From contig CAYPGS010000018.1 of assembly GCA_964410395.1 (NCBI GenBank), forward strand, positions 1-64,000: a stretch of 64,000 nucleotides of DNA. The letters are read 5' to 3'. A program made the position numbers and the translations under genes. The first letter of the stretch is position 1, and every line of letters starts with the position of its first letter. Under the pieces are notes generated by a model. That model was not told where the DNA came from. It saw nothing but the letters and a program-made list of their open reading frames with translations, and did not search any database. This DNA comes from an uncultured bacterium. GTDB lineage: Bacteria; Krumholzibacteriota; Krumholzibacteriia; JACNKJ01. Of the stretch, positions 45,873 to 55,787 are shown one piece after another.

Positions 45873-46502
45873 CTAAAGCCCTCGCAGGAAGGGGTTTGAG
45901 GCGGCCTCCTCCACGAGACTGCTGTCGGGACCGTGTCCGCTGTGAAGAACCGTGGAAGGCGGCAGCGCATCGATGATGCGCTCCTTGATCGAGCGCATGA
46001 GCGTGTCGTAGTCGCCGCCCGGCAGGTCGGTGCGGCCGATGGATCCGGCGAAGAGGGTGTCGCCGGCGAAAAGATGACCGTTCAGGCTGAGACACACGCC
46101 CCCGGGACTGTGACCCGGCGTGTGGATGACGCGCACCTCCAGCTCCCCCACCGCGACGGTTTCGCCATCGCGAAGGGGCTCGTCCAGGCGAGGAGGCTTC
46201 GCGGGCTCGATGCCATAGAGGCCACAGATCTGCTCGAGGTTCTCGACCAGGAAGCGGTCGTCCTCATGCATGCGGAAGGGGATCTCGAGACGGCTCTGCA
46301 GCTCCGCCGCGCCCAGCACGTGGTCCACATGGCCGTGAGTGTTCAGGATGCTCTCGATCTGGAGTCCATGCTGCTCGGCGCGGGCGATGAGGGTCTCCAC
46401 CTCGCCGCCTGGATCCACCACGAAGGCCTTCTTCGTCGCGGGATCGCCCACGAGGAAGGTGTTCTCCTGGAATGCGCCCACGGTGAGCATCTCGACGATC
46501 AT
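45873..46502 (-). CDS. MBL-fold hydrolase (hydroxyacylglutathione hydrolase-like)
   Basis: 209 aa. ILNTHGHVDHVLG (HxHxDH) and VIHTPGHSPGG. Confidence 0.8.
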   Translation of the reverse strand: MIVEMLTVGAFQENTFLVGDPATKKAFVVDPGGEVETLIARAEQHGLQIESILNTHGHVDHVLGAAELQSRLEIPFRMHEDDRFLVENLEQICGLYGIEPAKPPRLDEPLRDGETVAVGELEVRVIHTPGHSPGGVCLSLNGHLFAGDTLFAGSIGRTDLPGGDYDTLMRSIKERIIDALPPSTVLHSGHGPDSSLVEEAASNPFLRGL

Positions 46503-47495
46503 CTATCCTCCGATACGGGCCAGGGAATGCAGTTCGCCGTCGTCACCGTCTTCGAGACGGTGCTTCTCGGGCTTGTGCAGGAGCGCGGCGCGGATGCCCT
46601 CCTCCAGCGCGCGCTCCCAGGCCTCGCCCTCGAGAAGATGGCGCAGGGAGAAATTCTGCGCGCCGAAGAGGCAGCCGCGCATCTCGCCGCGATGGGTCAG
46701 GCGCACGCGATTGCAGTTGTCGCAGAAGTTCTCGCCCAGGGGGTGGATGATCCCCACGCGCAGGCCGTCGGACTCGCGCCTGAACATGCGCGCCGGTCCG
46801 TCGGGACCGCGGCGTTCGAGCTCCGTCCAGTCGCCGTTCTCGCTCATCCGCGCGAGAATGTCCTCGCCGCTCATTCGCCTCGTCTCGAAGAGTTCGCGCG
46901 CCACGCCCACGGGCATCAATTCGATGAAGCGAAGTCGCAGACCGCGATCGGCGGACAGGTCCAGGAAGTCCGTGAGCTCTTCGTCGTTGATGCCGAGCAT
47001 GGGCACCACGTTGAGCTTGATGGGATCGAGCCCCGCCGAGAGGGCGGCGTCGATGCCCTCGATGACGCGGGCAAGTTCCCCGCGGCCGGAGATCTCGCGG
47101 AAGCGCTCGGCATCGAGGGTGTCCAGGCTCACGTTCACGCGGGACAGCCCCGCGCGGGCAAGATCATCGGCCAGGGGCGCTAGGTGCATGGCGTGTGTCG
47201 AAAGGCTCACCTCGCCGATGCCATCGATCTTCGTAAGCCGGCCCACGATTTCCACGAGATCTTTTCTGAGCGTGGGTTCGCCGCCCGAGAGGCGCACCTT
47301 TTCGACACCCAGGCGTGCGAAAAGGGTCACCAGTCTCTCCCATTCCAGTGGGCTCAGTTCTTCCCGCGGGCCCTCGGGCAGCACGGGGCCGCCGGGCTGG
47401 CAGTAGAGGCAGCGGAAGTTGCAATAGGGAGTCACCGAGATCCGCAGGTAGCGGATGGACCTGCCGAAAGGATCGATGAGGGGGGCCAGGGTCAC
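46503..47495 (-). CDS. moaA: GTP 3',8-cyclase (molybdenum cofactor biosynthesis protein A)
   Basis: LRISVTPYCNFRCLYCQP radical-SAM CxxxCxxC, a C-terminal CDNCNRVRLT second cluster, and a GG C-terminus. GTG start with GAGGAG SD. Confidence 0.9.
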   Translation of the reverse strand: MTLAPLIDPFGRSIRYLRISVTPYCNFRCLYCQPGGPVLPEGPREELSPLEWERLVTLFARLGVEKVRLSGGEPTLRKDLVEIVGRLTKIDGIGEVSLSTHAMHLAPLADDLARAGLSRVNVSLDTLDAERFREISGRGELARVIEGIDAALSAGLDPIKLNVVPMLGINDEELTDFLDLSADRGLRLRFIELMPVGVARELFETRRMSGEDILARMSENGDWTELERRGPDGPARMFRRESDGLRVGIIHPLGENFCDNCNRVRLTHRGEMRGCLFGAQNFSLRHLLEGEAWERALEEGIRAALLHKPEKHRLEDGDDGELHSLARIGG

Positions 47496-47532
47496 GGTGC
47501 TCCTCGGGTGGGAAGGGGTTCGGGCAGAATAG

Positions 47533-47565
47533 AAAAGGGGCCCGGCGCGGTCAAGCGCGGGCCCC
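47533..47565 (-). terminator. Rho-independent terminator of the YXWGXW lipoprotein gene
   Basis: AAAA-GGGGCCCG...CGGGCCCC. It reads as hairpin plus UUUU on the minus strand. Confidence 0.6.
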
Positions 47566-47585
47566 TCGGAGGCGTTGCCGGACAG

Positions 47586-47879
47586 CTATTTCCAGTGACC
47601 GGCCACCCAGACGTGTCCGCGGGCCGTTTTCTTCCAATGGCCCTTCACCCAGGTCTTGCCGGCCTTTCCCTTGACCCAATGGCCCTTCACCCAGACATAG
47701 CGGTGCCCGTTCCACTTCCAGTGGCCGTCCACCCAGATGTACTTGGGCCCAGGCTTGGCGGGACGCACCTCGCTCTTGGCCGGAGGCGGATCGGTGGGAA
47801 CGTAGGTCACGGTGGTGCAACCGGCGCTCAGGGCGGCCAGTGCGAAGGCGAGGATGAGGGTCTTCAATTGGCGTTTCAT
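47586..47879 (-). CDS. YXWGXW-repeat lipoprotein
   Basis: MKRQLKTLILAFALAALSAGC lipobox, then repeats YIWVDGHWKW, YVWVKGHWV, WVKGHWK, HVWVAGHWK. Confidence 0.8.
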   Translation of the reverse strand: MKRQLKTLILAFALAALSAGCTTVTYVPTDPPPAKSEVRPAKPGPKYIWVDGHWKWNGHRYVWVKGHWVKGKAGKTWVKGHWKKTARGHVWVAGHWK

Positions 47880-47951
47880 GATCGGCTCCTTGGCTGGAGA
47901 TTCGCTTCGTCCATCTCGACCCGGTCACTGCATCGTCCATGCCATATATCA

Positions 47952-49130
47952 CTAGAGCCGGCGCCAGCCCCTGGGCAGGCTCAGCTCCTTCGCGCCCAGG
48001 AATCCTGCCAGATCTCTCAACGATTCGCCCAGCGCTGATTTGAACCTGGCGTCGGCCGCAAACCCCTTCTCCAGATGGATGGCCTTGATCTCCAGCTCCT
48101 CACGGTCGCGATGGAACTTCGGGTCGAGCCGTCCCACCAGCCTTCCCTCATGGAGAATGGGCAGCACGTAGTAGCCGAACTCGCGCTTAGGCGCGGGCAC
48201 GTAGATCTCGATGCGGTAGCGGAAGTCGAGCAGTTCCTCCGCCCGTTCGCGCTGCCAGAGAAAGGAGTCGAAGGGACAGATCAGGGTCGTCCCGCGAGGC
48301 TTGGGTAGACGCCTCAGGGATTCGAGGGTTTCCGGAAGAGCGTAATAGGTGTCGGCATGGCCCGGCACCTCCACCTCCACGATGCGCTTCTTGCGGAGGT
48401 TGCGCGCGAGCACGGCCCTTCGCTCGGGAGCTTTGAGCCGGGGCGAGGTGAAGTAGAAGGACAGGTGCTTCTCGCTGGCGATGCCGTTGCCCGAAAGCCC
48501 CGTGAAGAGCCAACCGTCCTCGAATTCATGGCGTGTGGCGGCCGGTCCCTCGGGATACACGTGTTCGGCGAGATCGTAGACCCGGCGGAAGTGACGCCGG
48601 TCGGCGATGGCCAGCTCGCCCTTCCGCCAGAGGATCTCCAGGGCCATCTTCTCCTGCTTCCAGCCCCACCAGGGACCGGGACGACCCCGTGCGCTCTTGA
48701 AGTGCGCACTTTCCAGGGGCCCCTCTTCGCGGATGCGTCCGCGCACCTCGCGCATGACCCCCGCGGGCGGGCGGTGTTGTTTCCACCAGCTGCTGTGGAG
48801 GTGGAAGCTGCGAAAGCTGCGACGGCTGAGGGGCAGGTGGCGAGTAGGCAGCACGCAGGCCTCGTGTCCCCAGAACTCGTAGGCGAGCTTCTCCTCGTAG
48901 ATCCAGCGGCGGAGTTTGTCGCGGTCGAAGGCCCCGAAGCGGCTCCAGAGGGTCAGGTGATGGGCGCGGTCGATCACGTTGACGCTGTCCAGCTGCAGAC
49001 CGCCGGTCCTCTCGAGATGATCCACCAGCGCCTTGCGACTGAGCTTCACGCCGCGGGGCTTGTGCAGGCCCTGGTTGCGGAACCAGAGGCGGCGCACCTT
49101 CTCGGCATCCACGCGATAGGTCTTGGTCAT
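47952..49130 (-). CDS. Winged-helix DNA glycosylase-like protein (YcaQ/AlkZ family)
   Basis: Start at ATG 49130 (GGAGGA SD). MTKTYRVDAEKVRRLWFRNQGL...LQLDSVNVIDRAHHLTLWSRF...YEFWGHEACVLP. The track's longer N-terminus is Arg-rich non-coding read-through. Confidence 0.7.
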   Translation of the reverse strand: MTKTYRVDAEKVRRLWFRNQGLHKPRGVKLSRKALVDHLERTGGLQLDSVNVIDRAHHLTLWSRFGAFDRDKLRRWIYEEKLAYEFWGHEACVLPTRHLPLSRRSFRSFHLHSSWWKQHRPPAGVMREVRGRIREEGPLESAHFKSARGRPGPWWGWKQEKMALEILWRKGELAIADRRHFRRVYDLAEHVYPEGPAATRHEFEDGWLFTGLSGNGIASEKHLSFYFTSPRLKAPERRAVLARNLRKKRIVEVEVPGHADTYYALPETLESLRRLPKPRGTTLICPFDSFLWQRERAEELLDFRYRIEIYVPAPKREFGYYVLPILHEGRLVGRLDPKFHRDREELEIKAIHLEKGFAADARFKSALGESLRDLAGFLGAKELSLPRGWRRL

Positions 49131-49186
49131 GAAATCCTCCGGAGGCGAGGCTATCAGATCGTCGCTGGCTGTGCTAGCCTGGGGCC

Positions 49187-49906
49187 ATGAGCATCTATTC
49201 GGATCTCGCGCCCTGGTATGACCGCCTCTTCCCCGTGGGAACGGAGCAGGCAGAGCTTCTCGTGAATCGTCTGCGATCCGCCGAAGCGCGAAGCGTGCTC
49301 GACGCCGGTTGCGGCACGGGAAGGCACCTGGAAATCCTCGCCGATGCCGGCTTTGCTGTGGCCGGACTCGAACCCGAGGCCGACATGGCCGCCGAGGCCA
49401 ACCGGCGACTCGCCGAACGCGGGCGCGTGGAGGTGCTGAGCCTCGATCAGGCCGCGCAGGTTCCCGGCGCGCCCTTCGACGCGGCTCTCTGCCTCGGCAA
49501 CACCCTGGCACATCTGCTGGAAGAGGCCGATCTCTCGGCCGGATTGAAGGCCATCGCCTCGGTCCTGGGGCCCGGTGGACTCTTCATCGCGCAATTGGTG
49601 CACTTCGAGAAGGTGCTGCGCGAGGGCAAGGATCCTTTCGCCCCGAAGCGACTCGAGGACGGATCGCTCTTCCATCGAACCTACGACTTCTCCCGCGCTC
49701 CGGCTCGACTCGGCTTCGGCCTGCGTTTCGAGAGCGGCGATCTTCGCTTCGAGGAATCCTTCGACCTTCGCCCATGGACTCTCGCCGAACTTCGAGCCCA
49801 CTACTCGAGCGCGAATCTCGACATGGTCGAAGTTCTGGGGGACTGGCGGGGCGCGCCCCGCGGCGAGAAATCGCCGGCAACCATCATTCTGGCGAGTCGC
49901 CTCTAG
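49187..49906 (+). CDS. Class I SAM-dependent methyltransferase
   Basis: VLDAGCGTGRHLEILADAGFAVAGLEPEADM (motif I plus acidic loop). Confidence 0.8.
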   Translation: MSIYSDLAPWYDRLFPVGTEQAELLVNRLRSAEARSVLDAGCGTGRHLEILADAGFAVAGLEPEADMAAEANRRLAERGRVEVLSLDQAAQVPGAPFDAALCLGNTLAHLLEEADLSAGLKAIASVLGPGGLFIAQLVHFEKVLREGKDPFAPKRLEDGSLFHRTYDFSRAPARLGFGLRFESGDLRFEESFDLRPWTLAELRAHYSSANLDMVEVLGDWRGAPRGEKSPATIILASRL

Positions 49907-51438
49907 CGGAAGATGCGGCGCCCCATGGCGGCGTTGAGCCTCTCGGCTTCGGGTTCATCGAAGACGTGGAAGCGCCAGGCCAGCGCTCCGTAGACCGCGG
50001 CCCCCGCCAGGATGACCAGGAGCAGGGTCGGGATGCCTCCGATGAATCCGGAGAGCGGCCAGAGGGCCAGGGCCATGATCCCTCCGTAGAGCACCGTGCG
50101 CAGATTCGCGGCCCAGGGAATACGCACCCGTATGTGTCGCCTCAGCATCGCGAAGCTGAGAATGTATCCGAAGATCAGCGCGCTGCCCGTGGCGATGGCC
50201 GCGCCGTTGGCGCCGCCGAAGGGCCCGTCCAGGGGAATCAGGATGAAGTCCATGACGATGTTGTAGACCAGGAAGAGCCGGCTCCAGAGCGTGATCTCGG
50301 GCCGCTCGAGGATGAGCGGCAGGAAGCTCATGGTGTTCAGGAAGTGCGTGGCCACCATGGCCGCGAAGTAGATGCGGAAGGGAGAGACCGCGTCGATCCA
50401 CTTGGGGTCGTAGATGTGCACGATGAGCGGCTCGGCCAGGATCAGGGCTCCCACCAGGAGCGGAAACAGGAAGACCGTCACCACCTTGTTGTAGAAGCGG
50501 AAGACCTGGGCGAGCTGGGCCTTGTCCTTCTTCTCCGTGTACTCCTTCACGTAGACCGGCACGATCACCTTGAGCAGCAGGTGCATGGGCACCAGTGCGA
50601 TGAGCGCGGTGACGATCTGCGTGGCGATGCGATAGACCCCCGCCACGCTGGCCTGCTGGTAGTGGCTGATGATCCAGGTGTCGATGTCAGTGTAGAGCGC
50701 GATGAGGGTGAGGCTCGTGGCGTATTGCAGCAATCCGTAGCGCGCCATGCGCTTGACGGGAAGGGGTTCGTCGGCGCCGCCTTCGATCTTGCGGCTCAGG
50801 CCGAAGATGCGTCCGAGATAGGCGAGCAGGTAGACCGCGTTGCTCAGGGCCAGGAAGGTGAAGAGGTTCTCGAGAGTGCCCACGAGAGGAACATCGCCCT
50901 CGCTGGGCAGCCAGACGATGAAGAGCGTCAGTTTCATGGCCTGGAAACCCACGGTGGCCGCGTTGCGGAAGGCCTGGCTGCGGTGAGCCGTGAGCATCTC
51001 GTCGAAGACGGTGGCTTCGAATTTGAGAATGGTGAAGAGCGCGAAGTAGGGCAGCAGGCCGTTCCACTCGGACACGTTAAGCCAGCTGGAGAGCGCGTCG
51101 CGGAAGAACCAGGCCAGGAAGACGAGGATGCTTCCCCCGAGCAGATGCCCCAGTGCACCGATCATCTGCAGGCTGAGCGCGCCCCTGCGATTCTTCTTGC
51201 CCAGGAATTCGGGAAGGTAACGCTGGATGATGGGCGCGATACCGAGGGAAAGCGCCATGGCGCCCTGCATGTAACCACCCAGCATCACCGAGTAGACGCC
51301 GTAGTTGTGGTTGCTGAGCTTGCGCGCCAGCACGATGGAGATGATCAGCGACAGGAAATAGGTGGAGTAGGTTCCGAGCAACACGAAGATCGTGTCGCGG
51401 AACATCCCCTTCAGTTTGCCGCCGCCGGTCTCGCTCAT
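49903..51438 (-). CDS. Polysaccharide/oligosaccharide flippase (Wzx/MOP superfamily)
   Basis: 511 aa, about 12-14 TM segments, with a typical N-terminal LARKLSNHNYGVYSV region. Confidence 0.7.
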   Translation of the reverse strand: MSETGGGKLKGMFRDTIFVLLGTYSTYFLSLIISIVLARKLSNHNYGVYSVMLGGYMQGAMALSLGIAPIIQRYLPEFLGKKNRRGALSLQMIGALGHLLGGSILVFLAWFFRDALSSWLNVSEWNGLLPYFALFTILKFEATVFDEMLTAHRSQAFRNAATVGFQAMKLTLFIVWLPSEGDVPLVGTLENLFTFLALSNAVYLLAYLGRIFGLSRKIEGGADEPLPVKRMARYGLLQYATSLTLIALYTDIDTWIISHYQQASVAGVYRIATQIVTALIALVPMHLLLKVIVPVYVKEYTEKKDKAQLAQVFRFYNKVVTVFLFPLLVGALILAEPLIVHIYDPKWIDAVSPFRIYFAAMVATHFLNTMSFLPLILERPEITLWSRLFLVYNIVMDFILIPLDGPFGGANGAAIATGSALIFGYILSFAMLRRHIRVRIPWAANLRTVLYGGIMALALWPLSGFIGGIPTLLLVILAGAAVYGALAWRFHVFDEPEAERLNAAMGRRIFR

Positions 51439-51439
51439 G

Positions 51440-52141
51440 CTACCAGACCGTCACTGCGCCGACGGTCACATCGTAGCTGCGGTCCTCGCCCTCGGCCGGT
51501 TCCGGGCTGCGCAGCTCCAGGATGAGTTCGACTTCATTGGTGGAAGGCACGTTGAGGCCGATCGCCGTGGTGTTGTGCTCGAGCTCGTCGTCCACTTCGG
51601 CGAATCCCGCCTCCACGAAGAACTCCGCGATGCCGGCGACCGCGTACCATGCCCCGGCCGCGAGGGAAAGGGCGCTGTCTCCCTCGCCTTCGCCGTCGTG
51701 GAACCAGTTCAAGGCGGGACGTCCGTAGAGGCCGATGCCGTCCGCATCATAGTTGAGCTCAAGACCGGCCATCATGCCGCTCATGCCCAGCCCCGGTCCG
51801 AAGGCCGAGATGTCGAAATAGATGTCGAGCTTCAAGGGGGCGGTGAATCCACCGTAGAGATTCTTGAAGATGCCAAGACTCAGGAAGTCCACGCCACCCG
51901 GACCCATCTTGGGATGGCTGATGCCCGTGAAGAGATAGAGATGCGCGGTGTCATGGATGCCCCAGGCCGGTCCCAGCACGAGGCTCTTGGACCCCGCCGC
52001 GTCATCGTCGATGCCGATGCCGCTCTGGGTGAAGTAGAACTCGATGGCGCCGGGTCCCATGGGATAGGGCTCCCAGGTGTCCACGGCGAAGGCCGTCATG
52101 GGCAGGGCCAGGACCAGAAGTACGCTCGCGATGACGTTCAC
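51440..52141 (-). CDS. Putative outer-membrane beta-barrel protein
   Basis: Signal peptide MNVIASVLLVLALPMTAFA. Alternating beta-strand pattern with an aromatic C-terminus (...VGAVTVW). Stop lies 1 nt before the flippase start. Confidence 0.5.
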   Translation of the reverse strand: MNVIASVLLVLALPMTAFAVDTWEPYPMGPGAIEFYFTQSGIGIDDDAAGSKSLVLGPAWGIHDTAHLYLFTGISHPKMGPGGVDFLSLGIFKNLYGGFTAPLKLDIYFDISAFGPGLGMSGMMAGLELNYDADGIGLYGRPALNWFHDGEGEGDSALSLAAGAWYAVAGIAEFFVEAGFAEVDDELEHNTTAIGLNVPSTNEVELILELRSPEPAEGEDRSYDVTVGAVTVW

Positions 52142-52205
52142 GGATTGCCTCCCTGAAAAGGGTCGGGCGACCTGGCGGAGAGAATAGCTCCGGGGCCGTC
52201 GGGCG

Positions 52206-52997
52206 CTACATTAACGAGCGGGCCCGTCCGCCGTCCACCGTGAAAACCTGTCCCGTGATGAAGGATGCCCGCGCGCTGGCCAGGAAAACCGCCGCGGCGG
52301 CGATCTCCTCGGCCTCGCCCAGGCGATTCAGGGGAGTGGCCTCGCCCCAGCCCCGCATCACGGCATCTTCGCTCGCGCCGGAATCGGCCGACACCCGGGC
52401 GGCCAGCTCGCCGAGACGTTCGGTGCGCGTGTATCCCGGCGCCACCGAGTTTACGGTGATGCCGTAGGCACCCAGCTCGTTGGCCAGGGTGCGCGCGTAC
52501 CCTGTGACGCCCGCCCGCAGGGCATTACTGAGCAACAATCCGTCGATGGGCTCCCGAACGCTCACGGAAGTCAGGAAAAGGATGCGCCCCCAGGCCGCCT
52601 TCTTCATGGCGGGAATCACCGAATCGCTGAGCCCCACCGCGCCGTGCAGAATGAGATCGGCGGCCGAGCGCCAGGTTTCCTCGTCTAGCTGGTCGTGGGT
52701 ACCCGCCGGAGGTCCGCCGGAGTTCACGAATAGGATCTCCGCGTCTCCCAGGGCATCGCGGCAGGCGACGGTCCAGGCCTGCCGTGAGGTGGCCGAAGCC
52801 AGGTCCAGCTCATGGATGAAGGGGCGCCGTCCCGAGGCGGCTTCGATCCGGGCCGCCGCCTCATCGAGTTTCCGGGATGATCGCGACCCCATGGCCACCC
52901 TCGCGCCCTCCAGGGCGAGTTCCCTGGCCACCGCAAATCCGATGCCCGCCGATGCGCCGGCCACCCAGGCCACGCGATCCTTGATTCCAAGATCCAT
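52206..52997 (-). CDS. SDR-family oxidoreductase
   Basis: Start ATG 52997 (GGAGGAGG SD). VAWVAGASAGIGFAVARELALEGARV (TGxxxGxG-like) and NSVAPGYTRT. Confidence 0.8.
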   Translation of the reverse strand: MDLGIKDRVAWVAGASAGIGFAVARELALEGARVAMGSRSSRKLDEAAARIEAASGRRPFIHELDLASATSRQAWTVACRDALGDAEILFVNSGGPPAGTHDQLDEETWRSAADLILHGAVGLSDSVIPAMKKAAWGRILFLTSVSVREPIDGLLLSNALRAGVTGYARTLANELGAYGITVNSVAPGYTRTERLGELAARVSADSGASEDAVMRGWGEATPLNRLGEAEEIAAAAVFLASARASFITGQVFTVDGGRARSLM

Positions 52998-53044
52998 GTC
53001 CGCCTCCTCCTTGGCCTCAGTGTACACGGGTGGAGTCTTCCGGT

Positions 53045-53077
53045 AAAAAAGAAACCCCCGCCCATGGCAGGGGTTTC
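53045..53077 (-). terminator. Rho-independent terminator of the GRE/NifU operon
   Basis: AAAAAA-GAAACCCC-(11-nt loop)-GGGGTTTC. It reads as hairpin plus UUUUUU on the minus strand. Confidence 0.7.
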
Positions 53078-53108
53078 TGGCTGGTAGCTGGTAGCTTGTA
53101 GCTGGCGG

Positions 53109-53360
53109 CTAGAACATCACCGGGACGTTCTCGACCCGCGTCACTTCGGGCACCTGCTCCTTCAGCGTGGCTTCCACGCCGGCCTGCAGGGTGATGGCGG
53201 CCGAGGGGCAGCCCACGCAGGCGCCCTGAAGGCGCACGCGGACCACGCCGTCGTCGGTGACTTCCACCAGTTCGATGTCGCCGCCGTCCATGCGCAGGGC
53301 CGGACGGATCATGTCGAGGGCGCGCTCGACGCGCTGGGTGAGTTCCTGATTCACGCTCAC
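53109..53360 (-). CDS. NifU C-terminal-domain (Nfu-type) Fe-S scaffold protein
   Basis: 83 aa. IRPALRMDGGDIELVEV..VRVRLQGACVGCPSAAITLQ (CxxC). Confidence 0.85.
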   Translation of the reverse strand: MSVNQELTQRVERALDMIRPALRMDGGDIELVEVTDDGVVRVRLQGACVGCPSAAITLQAGVEATLKEQVPEVTRVENVPVMF

Positions 53361-53435
53361 GGCTCCTCCTCGGGGCCTGGGTACACCGCCAATCTAGCCG
53401 AGGGGAGCGGACTCTGCAAGGTCCCCGGATCGGGA

Positions 53436-55787
53436 TCAGGCACCCTCGTGGGCAGTACGGCGGATGATCTCGTCCTGCAGCTCCCGGCTGAGATCGCAGA
53501 AGTAGTCGCTGTAGCCGGCCACCCGCACGATGAGGTCGCCATGCTCCTCGGGCCTGGCCTGGGCGGCGCGGAGGGTGTCGGCGTCCACCACGTTGAGCTG
53601 CAGGTGATGGCCGTCCAGGCGGAAGTAGCCCCGCACGAGCATGGCCAGCTTCTCGATGCCGGCCCTCTCCTCGAGGAGCCGGGGCAGAAACTTCATGTTG
53701 AGTAGGGTGCCGCAGGTGCGGGCGTGGTCCATCTTGGCCGCCGACTTGAGTACGGCCGTCGGCCCCTGGCGGTCGGCGCCCTGAACCGGCGAGATGCCCT
53801 CGCTCACGGGAACTCCGGCGCCGCGTCCGTCGGGCGTGGCACCGAGTACGGAGCCGAAGTAGATGTGGCAGGTGGTGGGCAGCATGTCGAGGTGGTAGCG
53901 ACCGCCTCGCAGGTTCGGCCGCCCGTCCACCGCCTCGAAGAGCGCGTCGAAAACGGCGCGCATGATGTCGTCGGCCGCGTCTTCGTCGTTGCCGTAGCGA
54001 GGAGTGCGCTCGGCGAGCTCCTTGCGGCGGGCGGGCTCGCCCTCGAAATCGGAGGCGAGCAGCGAGAGCAACTCGTCCATGTCCAGCTCGCCCTCGAAGA
54101 CATGATGCTTGATGGCCGACAGGCTGTCGGTGATGGTCCCGATGCCCACGCCCTGGATGAAGCTCGTATTGTAGCGCGCGCCGCCCGCGTTGTAGTCCAG
54201 GCCCTTCTCGATGCAGTCGTCGATGAGCACCGACAGGAAGACCGCGGGCATCGCCTCGGCGTAGATGGCCTCGATGATGTCGTTGCCCCGAAGCTTGATC
54301 TCCACGAAGTGTTCGAGCTGCCGGCGGAAGGCCGAGAAGAACCCCTCGAAGGAAGTTAAGTTTCCGGGATCCCCCGTGGACAGCCCCACCCGCTCCCCCG
54401 TGCGCGGATCCATGCCATCGTGCAAGGTCACCTCGAGCACCTTGGGCGTGTTGAAGTAGCCCGTGAGGATGTAGGCCTCCTTGCCGAAGGCGCCGGTCTC
54501 CACGCATCCGCTGCTGCCGCCCTCCCGTGCATCGGCCAGGGTCTTGCCACAGCGCAGCATCTGCGTGACCACGCCGTCGGCATTGAAGATCGAGGGGTAG
54601 CCGTAGCCCTTGCGAAGTACGCGCAGGGCCGACTTGAGGAAAGCGTCGGGGCTCTTGCGGCTGAGCTGGATGTTCCCCTGGGGCTGCAGCAGATGGATGT
54701 CGTCCATCACCTCGAGGATGAGCTGGCTCAGCTCGCTCACGCCATCGGAACCGTCCGCCAGGATTCCGCCGAGGTTGATATTGGTGAAGTCGTTGTAGGT
54801 GCCGCTCTCTGCCGCCGTCACCCCGACCTTGGGCGGAGCCGGCTGGTTGTTGAACTTGATGAAGAAGCACTGAAGCAACTCGCGGGCATCCTCGCGGCTC
54901 AGGGTGCCCGCGGCGAGTTCGCGCTCGTAGAAGGGCAGCAGGTGGCGGTCGAGGTGGCCGGGATTCATGGCGTCCCAGCCGTTCAGTTCCGTGATGGTGC
55001 CCAGGTGCAGGAACCAGTACATCTGCAGGGCCTCGTGGAAATCGCGGGGAGGGTGAGCGGGCACTCGCCGACAGATTCCCGCGATGCGTAGGAGCTCTGC
55101 CTCGCGCTTCTCGTCCGGTTCGGACTCGGCCCGAGTCTCGGCCAGATCCGCGTGTCGCTCGGCGAAACGGATGGCCCCATCACAGGCCAGGTCCATGGCT
55201 CTCAGCTGCTCCCGGCGCAGATCATCCTCTTCGTCGCGTCTCAGGGAATCCAGGGCCGCGGCGATCTCGGCCTTGAAGTCGAGCAGACCCTTCTCGTAGG
55301 GCTTGCCGTCGAGGGTGGTGTGGCCCGGCGCACGCTGCTCCATGAACTCGGTGAACAGGCCCGCGGCGAAGGCCTTCTTCCAGTCCTCGGGCAGCTTCTC
55401 GAAGATGCGATCGCGCAGACTACGGCCATCCCAGAAGGGCTTCACCTCGCTCAGGTGGATGGCGATGTCCGCGTCGTTCACCGCGTAGGGAATCTTCTCC
55501 CGATCGCGGAGGATGCGAAGGTCTTCCTCGCTGTGGCAGGTGAGTTCGGGAAAGGTGGGTACGGCCCGCGGCGAAGGTCCGCGCTCTCCCACGATGAGCT
55601 CGCCCTCGCCCAGGTGGATGCTCTTGCGCTCGCAGAGATGCGCGAAGGCCCCCGCCCGCAGCATGGGAGTGGAAAGCTTCTCCTCGTTCTCACGGTAGAA
55701 TTCCGTGACCAGCAGGGCCCGCTCCATGGAGATGCTCACCGGCGTCTCGCGGCTTTCACGTCTCAGGGCTGCGACGCGTTCATTCAT
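53436..55787 (-). CDS. Glycyl radical enzyme, PFL2/1,2-eliminase clade (hydroxyproline/diol-dehydratase-like)
   Basis: 783 aa. C-terminal glycyl-radical motif LIVRVAGYSDYF, thiyl loop GGSSGCVETGAFGKE, and FTEFMEQRAPGHT and KFNNQPAPPKVG blocks. Confidence 0.85.
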   Translation of the reverse strand: MNERVAALRRESRETPVSISMERALLVTEFYRENEEKLSTPMLRAGAFAHLCERKSIHLGEGELIVGERGPSPRAVPTFPELTCHSEEDLRILRDREKIPYAVNDADIAIHLSEVKPFWDGRSLRDRIFEKLPEDWKKAFAAGLFTEFMEQRAPGHTTLDGKPYEKGLLDFKAEIAAALDSLRRDEEDDLRREQLRAMDLACDGAIRFAERHADLAETRAESEPDEKREAELLRIAGICRRVPAHPPRDFHEALQMYWFLHLGTITELNGWDAMNPGHLDRHLLPFYERELAAGTLSREDARELLQCFFIKFNNQPAPPKVGVTAAESGTYNDFTNINLGGILADGSDGVSELSQLILEVMDDIHLLQPQGNIQLSRKSPDAFLKSALRVLRKGYGYPSIFNADGVVTQMLRCGKTLADAREGGSSGCVETGAFGKEAYILTGYFNTPKVLEVTLHDGMDPRTGERVGLSTGDPGNLTSFEGFFSAFRRQLEHFVEIKLRGNDIIEAIYAEAMPAVFLSVLIDDCIEKGLDYNAGGARYNTSFIQGVGIGTITDSLSAIKHHVFEGELDMDELLSLLASDFEGEPARRKELAERTPRYGNDEDAADDIMRAVFDALFEAVDGRPNLRGGRYHLDMLPTTCHIYFGSVLGATPDGRGAGVPVSEGISPVQGADRQGPTAVLKSAAKMDHARTCGTLLNMKFLPRLLEERAGIEKLAMLVRGYFRLDGHHLQLNVVDADTLRAAQARPEEHGDLIVRVAGYSDYFCDLSRELQDEIIRRTAHEGA

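Noticed and set aside
47496-47585. Moco riboswitch upstream of moaA
   Set aside because: The 90-nt gap is largely occupied by the terminator hairpin of the upstream lipoprotein gene. The remaining leader (about 40 nt) is too short for the Moco RNA motif.
49309-51525. 738-aa plus-strand ORF, and the 53017..54870 minus-strand 617-aa ORF
   Set aside because: The first is a shadow of the flippase gene. The second is an out-of-frame overlap of the glycyl radical enzyme. Both translations are Arg/Gly/Pro-rich and lack motifs.
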